The position numbers were made by a program, and so were the translations under genes. DNA of 64,000 nucleotides from a virus: UHGV virus genome UHGV-0293664. One strand, 5' to 3'. A model generated the notes under the pieces. That model worked only from the letters and a program-made list of their open reading frames with translations. It was not told the origin of the DNA and searched no databases. This document shows, in pieces, positions 55,733-64,000 of this stretch; the stretch's first letter is position 1; each line of letters opens with the position of its first letter.

Positions 55733-56178
55733 AACAGGTATAGCTCCTTATGAAAGTGATCTTTTAATTTCTCACTGAGAAACTTCTTGATACCTTCCTC
55801 TAAAGTGTTTTCGATGTAGTCCAGCTTAACTGCTTCGATAGACATATCATAGATCGCCAGCTCTAAGCTGTCAAGTCCCATCATAGCATGAACCATAAGA
55901 TTTTCATCTTCAGATACATTCAGGGGACTTCCTATAACATCTGGAGGCAGAATAGTTTCCCAATTATTCTGGGTGGTAGTTCTCCCCCCCTCTGCTTTAC
56001 GGCGCAGTTCGAATGTGTTCTTAGTATAGAACACTTCATAAGAAACGATACGACTGTCGCTCTCATAATAAACGAAGTTCAGGTAGGAGCCTAGCCGCAG
56101 TCGGCAAACTTCCACCCCAAACCATTGTTTCTTATAAGAATTCAGGCTAATGCTGTCGCATTCACGTTTGCTCAACAC
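55729..56178 (-). CDS. hypothetical protein
   Basis: 149-aa ORF overlapping the downstream start. Confidence 0.35.
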   Translation of the reverse strand: MLSKRECDSISLNSYKKQWFGVEVCRLRLGSYLNFVYYESDSRIVSYEVFYTKNTFELRRKAEGGRTTTQNNWETILPPDVIGSPLNVSEDENLMVHAMMGLDSLELAIYDMSIEAVKLDYIENTLEEGIKKFLSEKLKDHFHKELYLL

Positions 56179-56194
56179 GGCTCTCTCCTTTTTG

Positions 56195-56428
56195 TTAATC
56201 TTCGTAAATCAGGATTTCTGCTTTAGGTTTTCGTGCTTTCAGATCCAGCTCTATCCAATGCACCATGGCTGTTTCAAGAAAAACAGCCTGGATGCATCCG
56301 TCCTCAGCGTGCCCTACCAACATAACAAGATCTTCACCTTCGTCATCTGCATCACGAACATACAGAATCTCTCCAGATTCAAAGTCTTTCACAACCTGAT
56401 TGCTGGATAATTTACGAATTTTTGCCAT
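56195..56428 (-). CDS. small protein, possible distant member of the 87-aa paralog family
   Basis: 77-aa ORF immediately downstream of the three paralogs, similar size and acidic character. Confidence 0.35.
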   Translation of the reverse strand: MAKIRKLSSNQVVKDFESGEILYVRDADDEGEDLVMLVGHAEDGCIQAVFLETAMVHWIELDLKARKPKAEILIYED

Positions 56429-56429
56429 A

Positions 56430-56693
56430 TCAGAAACCCTCTAAAAAGCTCTTGTAGAAAACAATCTCAGTGTCCACACCAGTCACAATCTTGTCGTTCC
56501 TGATTTCATCGGTAAGATAGGTGTCAAAACGCAGAACCTGTGTGGTGTTGTCACACATCCACTCAGCTGTGACCATTGCGAAAATCTTAGCATCTTCATT
56601 ATCCGGTGTAAATGTTACCACCTCACCGCATTTAAACTTTTCGATAGGTTGAGTGTTAGCTTTCGGCTCTGCGATAGTGATTTTTGTGGTCAT
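56430..56693 (-). CDS. 87-aa paralog family member 3
   Basis: Identical length (87 aa) and shared pattern with the two upstream copies (cGeVV...VTgvDteI). Confidence 0.45.
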   Translation of the reverse strand: MTTKITIAEPKANTQPIEKFKCGEVVTFTPDNEDAKIFAMVTAEWMCDNTTQVLRFDTYLTDEIRNDKIVTGVDTEIVFYKSFLEGF

Positions 56694-56956
56694 TATTCTC
56701 CTCCTTGTTTTGAATAGCTTGTCTCTCCAAGGATGGTAATTTTGGTATCAAGCTCTGTAACTTTCATGTTTGGTGGCAGATCGTACAACTCCTTATTTTC
56801 TAAATCGAACCCCCACACACAATGTTCTCCTGTTTTGACAATCATAACTATGTTTTGAATGCCGTCTCCGTCGCAACTTACCACGGTCCCACACGGAAAA
56901 CTATCTGCACGCTTTTTGTTCTTCACCTTAGAATTGAATACAATGCTAGTAGCCAT
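56693..56956 (-). CDS. 87-aa paralog family member 2
   Basis: MATSIVFNSKVKNKK..GTVV..GFDL..VTELDTKITILGE aligns with member 1; start overlaps the upstream stop. Confidence 0.5.
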   Translation of the reverse strand: MATSIVFNSKVKNKKRADSFPCGTVVSCDGDGIQNIVMIVKTGEHCVWGFDLENKELYDLPPNMKVTELDTKITILGETSYSKQGGE

Positions 56957-57219
56957 TATTGTTCCTCCACCATAACTTCGCCAAGAATTTCTATGCAGGC
57001 ATCCATTTCTGTAACAACCAAGGTGTGAGGTAGTTCTGCAAACACCTTTCTGAACAGGTCAAATACCCCAACATATATGTTTGCAGGATGTGATTTTACA
57101 ACAAGTGCTGTATTCACATCCCCAAGTTCATCAACAAACATCACCACAGTGCCTGGAGCTACTGAAGACAGATACTTCTTAGTTTTACGGTTTGATGCAA
57201 ATTTTAACTCTGTTGCCAT
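56956..57219 (-). CDS. 87-aa paralog family member 1
   Basis: MATELKFASNRKTKK..GTVV..GVFDL..VTEMDACIEILGE aligns with member 2. Confidence 0.5.
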   Translation of the reverse strand: MATELKFASNRKTKKYLSSVAPGTVVMFVDELGDVNTALVVKSHPANIYVGVFDLFRKVFAELPHTLVVTEMDACIEILGEVMVEEQ

Positions 57220-57234
57220 AAATAATCTCCTCCT

Positions 57235-58716
57235 TTATTTAGCGTACTCGATTAATTCCACAGTTTTCCCAAAGCTCGGGATATAATTTTTATTATACCC
57301 CTCGGTGAGAACCCATAAAGTATCGTACTTTTTCCACTTGTTGTCAACAGCCTTTTGTTCAAAGTTATGCTCAAAGTATAGGTCGGTCAGGACGATGACA
57401 TCTTTTGCATTCGGTATATTGGCATCCAGATACTCGAACACGCAAGCAGCTGTTGTGCCCCATGTTGAGTGGACCTCATAGTTGATCATCTCATCTATGT
57501 TACCGCGAGTGTATACTTTAACCTCTCCAACCTCAGTTGACCAACAGAACATTGTAACCTTAAACTCTTTATACAGATTGCACAATCCGGTGATTTCATT
57601 GAACATTTTCTTTAAAGTTCTTTGAGAGATCGAGCCAGAAACGTCTAAAGCCACCACAATATCTATGGTGTTTTCCGGATTACGACCAGGAACAATAACG
57701 TGCTGGTTCTTGTTTATAGCCCCAACTTTTCGCATTGTGCTGGTCAAAGACCCAGATCGGCGACCAGGTTTTCTGTAGGTCAGTTCAGCCTTTCGTTTAG
57801 ACAACATGCGTTGCTTAATGATATCTATATAGTTGATTACAGGCTTGCCTCTGTTCTTGACAAACTCACGCACCGCCTCAGGGCAACGACCTCCGGAAGC
57901 TTGCATTGCTGCCTCCAGCATGTCACCAGAATCCTGCATGGCCTGATCTTTATCAGATTGGCTGATTACAGGTTGTGGCCGATCATACCCCATAGCCTTC
58001 CCAAGATCATCGCTGGTGCCACCGTTCCCGCTCATGTGATCATCGGTTTGTCGCTTATCTCCTTGGGAGTTATCACCTTTACCGCTCTTACTTTTACCGT
58101 TATTTTGATCTCTTTGCCTATCAAGAACTGCATAGACGTTCTCAGCAATCCATCCATGAAACTTCATGTCGCAGTAGCAGCTGGCTAAGAAACCAAAAGG
58201 CTTACCTTTTACGAACGTAGTGCTTTTCCCCTTCGGGAAGAAAACACAAGGGGGCTTGCTAAAGTCAACCACAAGACCTGTGTTGATAACGTGATCACAA
58301 GCAATATTGAACAGTTCCGGCTCAAAGCTTTTGCCACGGACCAGGTGATCACAGATAATATGCCCCACCTCATGTGACAGAAGGAAAGCCACCTCTTTCA
58401 CAGATTTGGGGGAATAGAAAACTTCAGCCATCTCAAACTGCTCTCCAGTTAGAGAGGCCTTGAGAATAGCCTTGCGTTCATCAGCCAACCCCATAATGAA
58501 CTCAGGACTGTAATAGATGCGTTTATGGTCGGTTGCCATGGTGGAGCACCATGTGTGGTTTTCTACGAACTGTAACCCTGACAGCAGTGTGCCATAAAAC
58601 GGCAGCTTTTCAAGGAGATACATACGTGCAGCCTGTAACATTCTCAGGGCATCATCTTTCTGTGAGGCAATGATTTCTGAACTTCTGCTATCCATTAAAA
58701 CTCCAGAAGGGGCCAT
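57235..58716 (-). CDS. VWA-domain protein with N-terminal HExxH metallopeptidase-like domain
   Basis: HEVGH zinc-binding motif at N-terminus; MIDAS motif VVALDVSGSIS in the C-terminal half. Confidence 0.6.
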   Translation of the reverse strand: MAPSGVLMDSRSSEIIASQKDDALRMLQAARMYLLEKLPFYGTLLSGLQFVENHTWCSTMATDHKRIYYSPEFIMGLADERKAILKASLTGEQFEMAEVFYSPKSVKEVAFLLSHEVGHIICDHLVRGKSFEPELFNIACDHVINTGLVVDFSKPPCVFFPKGKSTTFVKGKPFGFLASCYCDMKFHGWIAENVYAVLDRQRDQNNGKSKSGKGDNSQGDKRQTDDHMSGNGGTSDDLGKAMGYDRPQPVISQSDKDQAMQDSGDMLEAAMQASGGRCPEAVREFVKNRGKPVINYIDIIKQRMLSKRKAELTYRKPGRRSGSLTSTMRKVGAINKNQHVIVPGRNPENTIDIVVALDVSGSISQRTLKKMFNEITGLCNLYKEFKVTMFCWSTEVGEVKVYTRGNIDEMINYEVHSTWGTTAACVFEYLDANIPNAKDVIVLTDLYFEHNFEQKAVDNKWKKYDTLWVLTEGYNKNYIPSFGKTVELIEYAK

Positions 58717-58728
58717 TGGCCCCTGTTA

Positions 58729-59718
58729 TTATTTAACGTGTTTGAAAATACCTGCCAACTCGGTCATTGTCATGCGGGTGGTCTTCATAAGATCTGTCAT
58801 AGCTTTCTCCATAATTGGGGATACTACCATAAAGTTTCCTTTAGTGAAACCTTTATTCCAGTCGGTCACCAACAGTGGTTTAAGTCCAGCTCCGAGACGT
58901 TCACCAGTTAAAGCACAACATTTTCGAATGTATGTGCTCTTAAACTGGCTGAATGACAGATCCACTTTCATACCTGCATCGTAGAACGTCTGGCAATAGA
59001 AAGTGTAAGCTTTGGCAATCTCAACATCGTCAGGCAGTGCAGGAACCTCTTCTGTAAGCTCTTCTTCGACCCCTTGAGGCTCTTTTTCCTCTTCGTAAGC
59101 CTGTTGCGTCATCTCTTCAATCTCCTCTACTACAGGCTCGTTTACAATGTCAGAAATGTGCTTGTTGGCTCCACGATTAGCCATGAAGTTTTTAAAATCC
59201 TGCATTGGTGACATATCTTCCTCCCATTCTTCGTCAAAGAGTGCCAGTTTATCCTCTTCCGTTCCATATTGCAAGATGAAATCTTCAAAAGTGTAATCAC
59301 CTTTCAATTTCTCCATACGCTCTTCGCTCAGGTGGAGCATCATCTGCTGGACAATTTTTCGATCAGTTTTGTCTTTAATCAAGACTGCGGTCTTTTTATC
59401 TACCAGACAGTCCTTTAGAGAGTTGCATCTCAACCCTACCACACAACAGTTATCAACCGCATAAGGGCCTTCATCATCTATCCGCTCTAGAGATGGGTAG
59501 AAAGGATTTCCCAGTCCGTTTTCATCCGTGTGCATGTCGAAAGGTATAAGGGTATAGTCGCATACTCCATCTCCTAAAAGTTTTTTACCAAATAGGAGAT
59601 ATTCTTCCCATGACAGGTTGAACTCTATATCTCGTTTCCGTGCATTATTCTGTTTGCGTCTGTATTTTTTGAGCAAGCGCTCTAACTCTTCTGGTGTATA
59701 ATATTTTTCAAGATTCAT
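58729..59718 (-). CDS. hypothetical protein with HNH-like cysteine motifs
   Basis: Start trimmed to the ATG at 59718 because the track start 59784 lies upstream of the predicted minus-strand promoter; motifs ERIDDEGPYAVDNCCVVGLRCNSLK and a second Cys-containing segment near the C-terminus. Confidence 0.35.
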   Translation of the reverse strand: MNLEKYYTPEELERLLKKYRRKQNNARKRDIEFNLSWEEYLLFGKKLLGDGVCDYTLIPFDMHTDENGLGNPFYPSLERIDDEGPYAVDNCCVVGLRCNSLKDCLVDKKTAVLIKDKTDRKIVQQMMLHLSEERMEKLKGDYTFEDFILQYGTEEDKLALFDEEWEEDMSPMQDFKNFMANRGANKHISDIVNEPVVEEIEEMTQQAYEEEKEPQGVEEELTEEVPALPDDVEIAKAYTFYCQTFYDAGMKVDLSFSQFKSTYIRKCCALTGERLGAGLKPLLVTDWNKGFTKGNFMVVSPIMEKAMTDLMKTTRMTMTELAGIFKHVK

Positions 59719-59749
59719 GAGTTGTCTCTTGTGCTCTGTGGGTGGAGAA

Positions 59750-59779
59750 ATCTTACCAAGGGCCTGGGAAGATGTCAAC
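59750..59779 (-). promoter_or_regulatory. minus-strand sigma70-type promoter (TTGACA-N18-TAAGAT on the complement)
   Basis: Plus-strand tgtcaa 59774-59779 and atctta 59750-59755. Confidence 0.45.
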
Positions 59780-59791
59780 CTCAAAAACGTG

Positions 59792-59820
59792 TTGACTTTA
59801 CTCTAAATCCTCGATATAGT
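59792..59820 (+). promoter_or_regulatory. plus-strand sigma70-type promoter (TTGACT-N17-TATAGT)
   Basis: TTGACT 59792-59797; TATAGT 59815-59820; back to back with the minus-strand promoter. Confidence 0.5.
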
Positions 59821-59860
59821 GCACCCATTCGAAAGAAAACTAGCATAGGAGTACTTATTC

Positions 59861-60760
59861 ATGGCAAATCTTAACAGTTTTAGCACCAGGTGGCAACAGG
59901 ATATAACAACCAATCTTTCAGCTGGAGATATCCTTTCTGCAATTTACGAGGCTTTGGATGATAAAGCTACTTCAAGATCGGTTTGTACTAATCCGCTAAT
60001 TCCTATAGTGATGAAGGTAATTGAGCGGAGGTTGGTATCCGGGTCTGATAAGTGGACATACCTTGATAATGGAGGGCATACTTACTCCAACGGATATGTT
60101 GATATAAAAGTGGAATACGCAGTATCATACCGCCGGAGCGGTTCTGTAACTTTCAACTTCTCTGGAGGTTTTCGATCTCTGGCTACTTCACCTTTTGTTT
60201 CCTCAGAGGAGAAGTATGAGCTGCCATTTCTTTGGATGATGGCTAACGCGACAGGAAAAACCCCCGTTAGCATCCGAGTAAAATACAACTACAACGGATC
60301 TAGTAAGATCTATGCCGAAAGTGCCTCAGCAAGTTTTTATTTTGTGATGGGGGATGGAATCCTCAAACATATAAAGATGTGCGATATGCATGATGTTATA
60401 AATGAAGTGACTGATAAGAATGTTCTAGTGAAAGACCTCAATAATTTTTATACACCTGGAGACTATTACGTCAACCGCCCACTGTGCATCTTTAATGCCG
60501 CACACCCTTTAGGTGAGTATTTGATCGCCAATAGCGATATTGCCAATAACCGCTTCGAGGTAGCAAGAGTACAGAATGAGGTATTGACATCTTGCAAGAG
60601 CGGTGATAAGTTTACCGAAGAAGAGATGGGTGTTTTAGAAATGATGGGATATAAGTGTAGCCTTTGGGTAGATGAGGTGTTTAATGACTGCATCTATGGA
60701 CAGGATATTTACCCGTTAAAGAAGTATACTGATTCCAGTTTAATTTACGCGGAGATTTGA
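59861..60760 (+). CDS. hypothetical protein
   Basis: 299-aa ORF after RBS AGGAG; first gene of a coupled plus-strand block. Confidence 0.45.
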   Translation: MANLNSFSTRWQQDITTNLSAGDILSAIYEALDDKATSRSVCTNPLIPIVMKVIERRLVSGSDKWTYLDNGGHTYSNGYVDIKVEYAVSYRRSGSVTFNFSGGFRSLATSPFVSSEEKYELPFLWMMANATGKTPVSIRVKYNYNGSSKIYAESASASFYFVMGDGILKHIKMCDMHDVINEVTDKNVLVKDLNNFYTPGDYYVNRPLCIFNAAHPLGEYLIANSDIANNRFEVARVQNEVLTSCKSGDKFTEEEMGVLEMMGYKCSLWVDEVFNDCIYGQDIYPLKKYTDSSLIYAEI

Positions 60761-61035
60761 CTATGATGAAGTCATGTGGTAGTGTATATTATGTTGGTGA
60801 GAATGTTCAGGCAGACAGCGTGTGGAAATCCATTAAGTCTACCACCGACGATGCCTTCTTGAGCGGGTTATGTTTTCCCAGCCCTGGGGACACTCTCCCT
60901 TACCCTGGAGATTTTGTTGTCAACAAGATGGACGGTTATACCGTGTGCCTGATGGTTGAAAAAATCTTTTTAGACACTAGACACAATCACCGTCTTGTGT
61001 TAAAATTTCAAGAATGTAAAATGACAATTGCCTAA
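60757..61035 (+). CDS. hypothetical small protein
   Basis: 92-aa ORF overlapping its neighbours. Confidence 0.35.
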   Translation: MTMMKSCGSVYYVGENVQADSVWKSIKSTTDDAFLSGLCFPSPGDTLPYPGDFVVNKMDGYTVCLMVEKIFLDTRHNHRLVLKFQECKMTIA

Positions 61036-61405
61036 GGAGGCCTTGCCTATGTCTAAAGTTACGTATCGTGCAGCTATTTACTGCAATGAACACCCAATCA
61101 ATAATGATGGTCACTGCCTTTTTAAAGAAAATCAGTTGGGCTGTATTGTCCTCCCTGATGAAGGGAAAGGTTATCTGATTGCATTGACAGGGTTTGAGCC
61201 TGAAGCTTTGGAAGCCAATCTGGACTACCTGGTAGAAGAGGGTGCTGCAGACCTGGTTGCCAATGGCCTCTCCATAAACCTTGACGAAGTGGAGCGCTTC
61301 ATGGGCAATTACCGTGTAGTGCGTGAGTTTACTATCGAGGTGGAAACTCCAGAGTGGGGTAGCCCTGAAACTAATACCGAAGAAAAAGAAGAGGAGGTAG
61401 AATAA
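61028..61405 (+). CDS. hypothetical acidic protein
   Basis: 125-aa ORF after RBS AAGGAGG. Confidence 0.4.
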   Translation: MPKEALPMSKVTYRAAIYCNEHPINNDGHCLFKENQLGCIVLPDEGKGYLIALTGFEPEALEANLDYLVEEGAADLVANGLSINLDEVERFMGNYRVVREFTIEVETPEWGSPETNTEEKEEEVE

Positions 61406-61662
61406 TGAAAGTGCAGATTTTGACTAATGCCGAGAAGATGTTTATTGAAGATACACCTTTTGAAGCTGGTGAGCTACAGTTCGTTTATTTTGTTGACTTA
61501 GATAAGGTGTTCCCTGCACTGAATCTGGGTCTGGATGAAGTTCCTCATAAGGTTTTGTGCCAAGTTGTTCGTGCTTTAGCGGCAGATGGGGAGTTCCACA
61601 CTCTTGAAGATATCCAGACCTACGGGTATCTTGAACTACAACGAGAAGAAGAGGTGGATTGA
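61405..61662 (+). CDS. hypothetical small acidic protein
   Basis: 85-aa ORF after RBS GAGGAGG, coupled to the upstream gene. Confidence 0.4.
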   Translation: MKVQILTNAEKMFIEDTPFEAGELQFVYFVDLDKVFPALNLGLDEVPHKVLCQVVRALAADGEFHTLEDIQTYGYLELQREEEVD

Positions 61663-62045
61663 TAATGGCCCGATGGAAGACAACGGTTGACCTGCATGAT
61701 CAGTGGTTAGGACGCATCACTGAAGACGGGAAACTAGTAGAGTGGGACAATAAACATGTCAGCGAGTTGGCAAGTATTGTGGCTGGCAAGTTACGCTCCA
61801 AGTTCCCTGAACAACTGGATCCTGATAATTCAAAGTTCGATCCTGAGTTGGAGGATGTTGTATACTACTTCGATACCGTGGATGACTACGATGCGTGGTT
61901 TGCAGCACGGGAGCTTTACCCACAAGGCTCCGCTATGCGTCAGATGGAAGAAGATTATCCTCCGTGCGAGCAATTCAATAGCGCAATGACTTGCCTCTAT
62001 GATTGGGCAGATAAGAACCTTGTCTGGATCCGGACTGCATTCTAG
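61659..62045 (+). CDS. hypothetical protein
   Basis: 128-aa ORF overlapping the upstream stop. Confidence 0.4.
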   Translation: MIMARWKTTVDLHDQWLGRITEDGKLVEWDNKHVSELASIVAGKLRSKFPEQLDPDNSKFDPELEDVVYYFDTVDDYDAWFAARELYPQGSAMRQMEEDYPPCEQFNSAMTCLYDWADKNLVWIRTAF

Positions 62046-62051
62046 CAGGCT

Positions 62052-62354
62052 GTGGCAAGGATGCCACTTAAAAGAGTAATAAGCATGTTATACCAGAAAC
62101 ACAAACTTTGTGCAGAAAAAGAGTTAAATTTTGACAAAGTTATCCACAGATATTGTTATGGGAAAACCGGAAGACAACTAAGAAGGTGTACCCCAACATT
62201 CTTTCACCCCAGTAGACGGCTAAGTCCTGAAGAAGCAACAGCAGAAAGGGTTGCATACAACTGGGAAGTTGTGTACGATATTGACAGATCCGATGTGGCA
62301 TCTGTTTTGGAAAACTTTGAAAACACTTACACACAAGTAGAGGACTTTTACTAA
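62052..62354 (+). CDS. hypothetical protein
   Basis: 100-aa ORF. Confidence 0.35.
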   Translation: MARMPLKRVISMLYQKHKLCAEKELNFDKVIHRYCYGKTGRQLRRCTPTFFHPSRRLSPEEATAERVAYNWEVVYDIDRSDVASVLENFENTYTQVEDFY

Positions 62355-63538
62355 TGTCAAGAAACGTATTTGAAAGTGGTCAAATCACTGTCCGTGAGTT
62401 GCCAGCTATCATTCAGTTTGCCCAGCGTCATAACCGATCTGTCCTGATTTTAGGACCAATGGGCGTGGGGAAGAGCCAGGTGATGAAGCAGATTGCCGAT
62501 AATATGTTCGGTGAGCGAGATGACAACCTGGTTGACGTGCGACTGTCAGATAAAGATCCTGCCGACTTATCTGGGCTACCTATCCCTGTAGAAGCGGATG
62601 GAACTACACGTACAGTGTTTGCAATTCCAGAATTCTGGCCTGCAGATCCAGACTGGAGCGGGATTATCTTTCTGGATGAGCTTACTCATGCAGATAACTA
62701 TCTACAAAAGGTTGCAATGCAGATTATGCTCGACCACAAGTGCGGCACCTATGCATTCCCTAAAGGCTCTGTTTTTGTGGCTGCGGGTAACCGTTCTACA
62801 GATGGTGCGGTTCTTTCGGCGCTCGAAGCCCCTCTGGCTAACCGTTTTATCATTGTAGAAGTTACAAGCAATGCAGAGGTGTTTATTGAGGACTACGCAT
62901 TCCTTAATGGGGTGCATTCCTCTGTAATTGGGTATCTGAAAAGAGTTCCATCAGCTATCGATAATTATGAGGCTATGGCTGAGATTAATTGTCCATCTTT
63001 TGCCACACCGCGATCTTGGGTTGCTGCATCTGACATCTTGCACGATTTTGACAGCGGTATTATTTCTGACGCTATGGCCCGTGTTCTTCTGCAAGGTGCT
63101 ATTGGTCACACTGCAGCGGTAGAGATCTGGACCTACCACACCAAGAAACGCAACTTACCGGAAATCGGTCGGATTATGGCAGGGGGTTGCAAAGAATACG
63201 TAGGTCCTAAACAGCCAGACATTTTGTGGATTCTTGGATCTGAAGGTTGTATCGCTATTCGTAATATGATGGAAAATGCAAGTATCTCCGACGAAGATCT
63301 TGTCAGCTGCGTGGCAAACTTCCTCGATTTCCTTTGGGAAAACTTCAAAGACGAGAACCGAGATTTTGTATTCTCAGTCTTTATGGCGATGATGAAACCT
63401 AATGCCTTAGGAAATGCCTTGCTTATCGGTAAAGGGCGTGACAAGATTGTTGCTCAGCTGATCAAAGCATACCCAAACCTGATGAAGATTGTAAAAGAGT
63501 TTGGTGAAGAGTTTAGCGCCATTTTGGCTAAAGCTTAA
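62354..63538 (+). CDS. MoxR-like AAA+ ATPase (CobS-like)
   Basis: Walker A GPMGVGKS, Walker B IIFLDELTHA, sensor-like AAGNRS. Confidence 0.65.
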   Translation: MSRNVFESGQITVRELPAIIQFAQRHNRSVLILGPMGVGKSQVMKQIADNMFGERDDNLVDVRLSDKDPADLSGLPIPVEADGTTRTVFAIPEFWPADPDWSGIIFLDELTHADNYLQKVAMQIMLDHKCGTYAFPKGSVFVAAGNRSTDGAVLSALEAPLANRFIIVEVTSNAEVFIEDYAFLNGVHSSVIGYLKRVPSAIDNYEAMAEINCPSFATPRSWVAASDILHDFDSGIISDAMARVLLQGAIGHTAAVEIWTYHTKKRNLPEIGRIMAGGCKEYVGPKQPDILWILGSEGCIAIRNMMENASISDEDLVSCVANFLDFLWENFKDENRDFVFSVFMAMMKPNALGNALLIGKGRDKIVAQLIKAYPNLMKIVKEFGEEFSAILAKA

Positions 63539-63547
63539 GGGGGTTGT

Positions 63548-63928
63548 ATGGCTAAAGTAGGTAAGCGGGGAAACTACCTGGTGGTATTGACCGAGGAGCC
63601 AGAGAAGGAGTACGAATGCAGCTCCACTTGCGTGATCGATATCCGAGAAAAAGATGTAGATGAAATCTGGTTTGAAATATTAGACGCTTGCGACAGCAGT
63701 GATTATTTCTTCATCTATGTCAACGATAAGGCTGGGTTCTTCCATGACGACGGAGAGTTGCCGTATGAAATCTATGAACTTGTAGAGGCTTGCCATCGCG
63801 GAGATGCGGAGTTGTTTGGCCTACGGCTGAAAAGCGGTAAATTCTTCTATCAAGATGAGTGCATGAATCTTCATAACTTTGTAGAGGGAACTTGCAACGA
63901 TGGAGAGATTTTGGCACACTACGATTAA
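63548..63928 (+). CDS. hypothetical acidic protein
   Basis: 126-aa ORF after RBS AAGGGGG, followed by a terminator. Confidence 0.4.
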   Translation: MAKVGKRGNYLVVLTEEPEKEYECSSTCVIDIREKDVDEIWFEILDACDSSDYFFIYVNDKAGFFHDDGELPYEIYELVEACHRGDAELFGLRLKSGKFFYQDECMNLHNFVEGTCNDGEILAHYD

Positions 63929-63939
63929 TTTCTAAGACA

Positions 63940-63966
63940 CCCCGCTTCGGCGGGGATTTTCTATTT
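63940..63966 (+). terminator. intrinsic terminator with UUCG tetraloop
   Basis: ccccgc-ttcg-gcgggg followed by attttctattt. Confidence 0.7.
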
Positions 63967-64000
63967 GGAGTTATTGTGAAAATTAAGATCTTTGCTATTA

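Noticed and set aside
1-64000. Lysogeny module (integrase, CI-like repressor, attP)
   Set aside because: No recombinase-like ORF or repressor/antirepressor pair recognised; the window covers only part of the genome, so this is not conclusive

Overview
This 64-kb window reads as a segment of a large tailed dsDNA bacteriophage genome (Caudoviricetes), not a bacterial chromosome. Positions 1-4750 hold early/accessory genes: a 5'-truncated Ser/Thr phosphatase-like gene, an HTH protein gene followed by palindromic iterons and an AT-rich tract, two GC-rich islands with no convincing ORF, and a cluster of seven tRNA(-like) genes behind a consensus sigma70-type promoter. Positions 4759-52398 are one plus-strand morphogenesis block: spanin pair, terminase large subunit split by an HNH-containing intron-like insertion, portal, scaffold, decoration-like and capsid proteins, neck proteins, sheath-like and tube-like tail proteins, a chaperone pair with a -1 frameshift site, tape measure, baseplate proteins with a gpV-like spike, and many fibre-like proteins (an S74-chaperone fibre, a lambda gpJ-like protein, two tandem paralogous fibres, a 1875-aa giant protein). 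Positions 52445-59718 are minus-strand small early genes (HAD-like phosphatase, VWA/metallopeptidase protein, three tandem 87-aa paralogs), and 59861-63928 a plus-strand block with a MoxR-like AAA+ ATPase. Promoters match the host sigma70 consensus, usually with extended -10 (TGnTAAAAT), and operons are separated by stem-loop terminators, several sharing a GCTTCGGC core. No integrase, repressor, CRISPR array or reverse transcriptase was seen. All functional calls rest on motifs, gene order and size read by eye; no database search was run. Most worth follow-up: the intron-split terminase, the aberrant 97-nt tRNA-like gene, the GC-rich islands, the origin-like iterons, the duplicated fibre modules, the tandem 87-aa paralogs and the VWA/MoxR pair.
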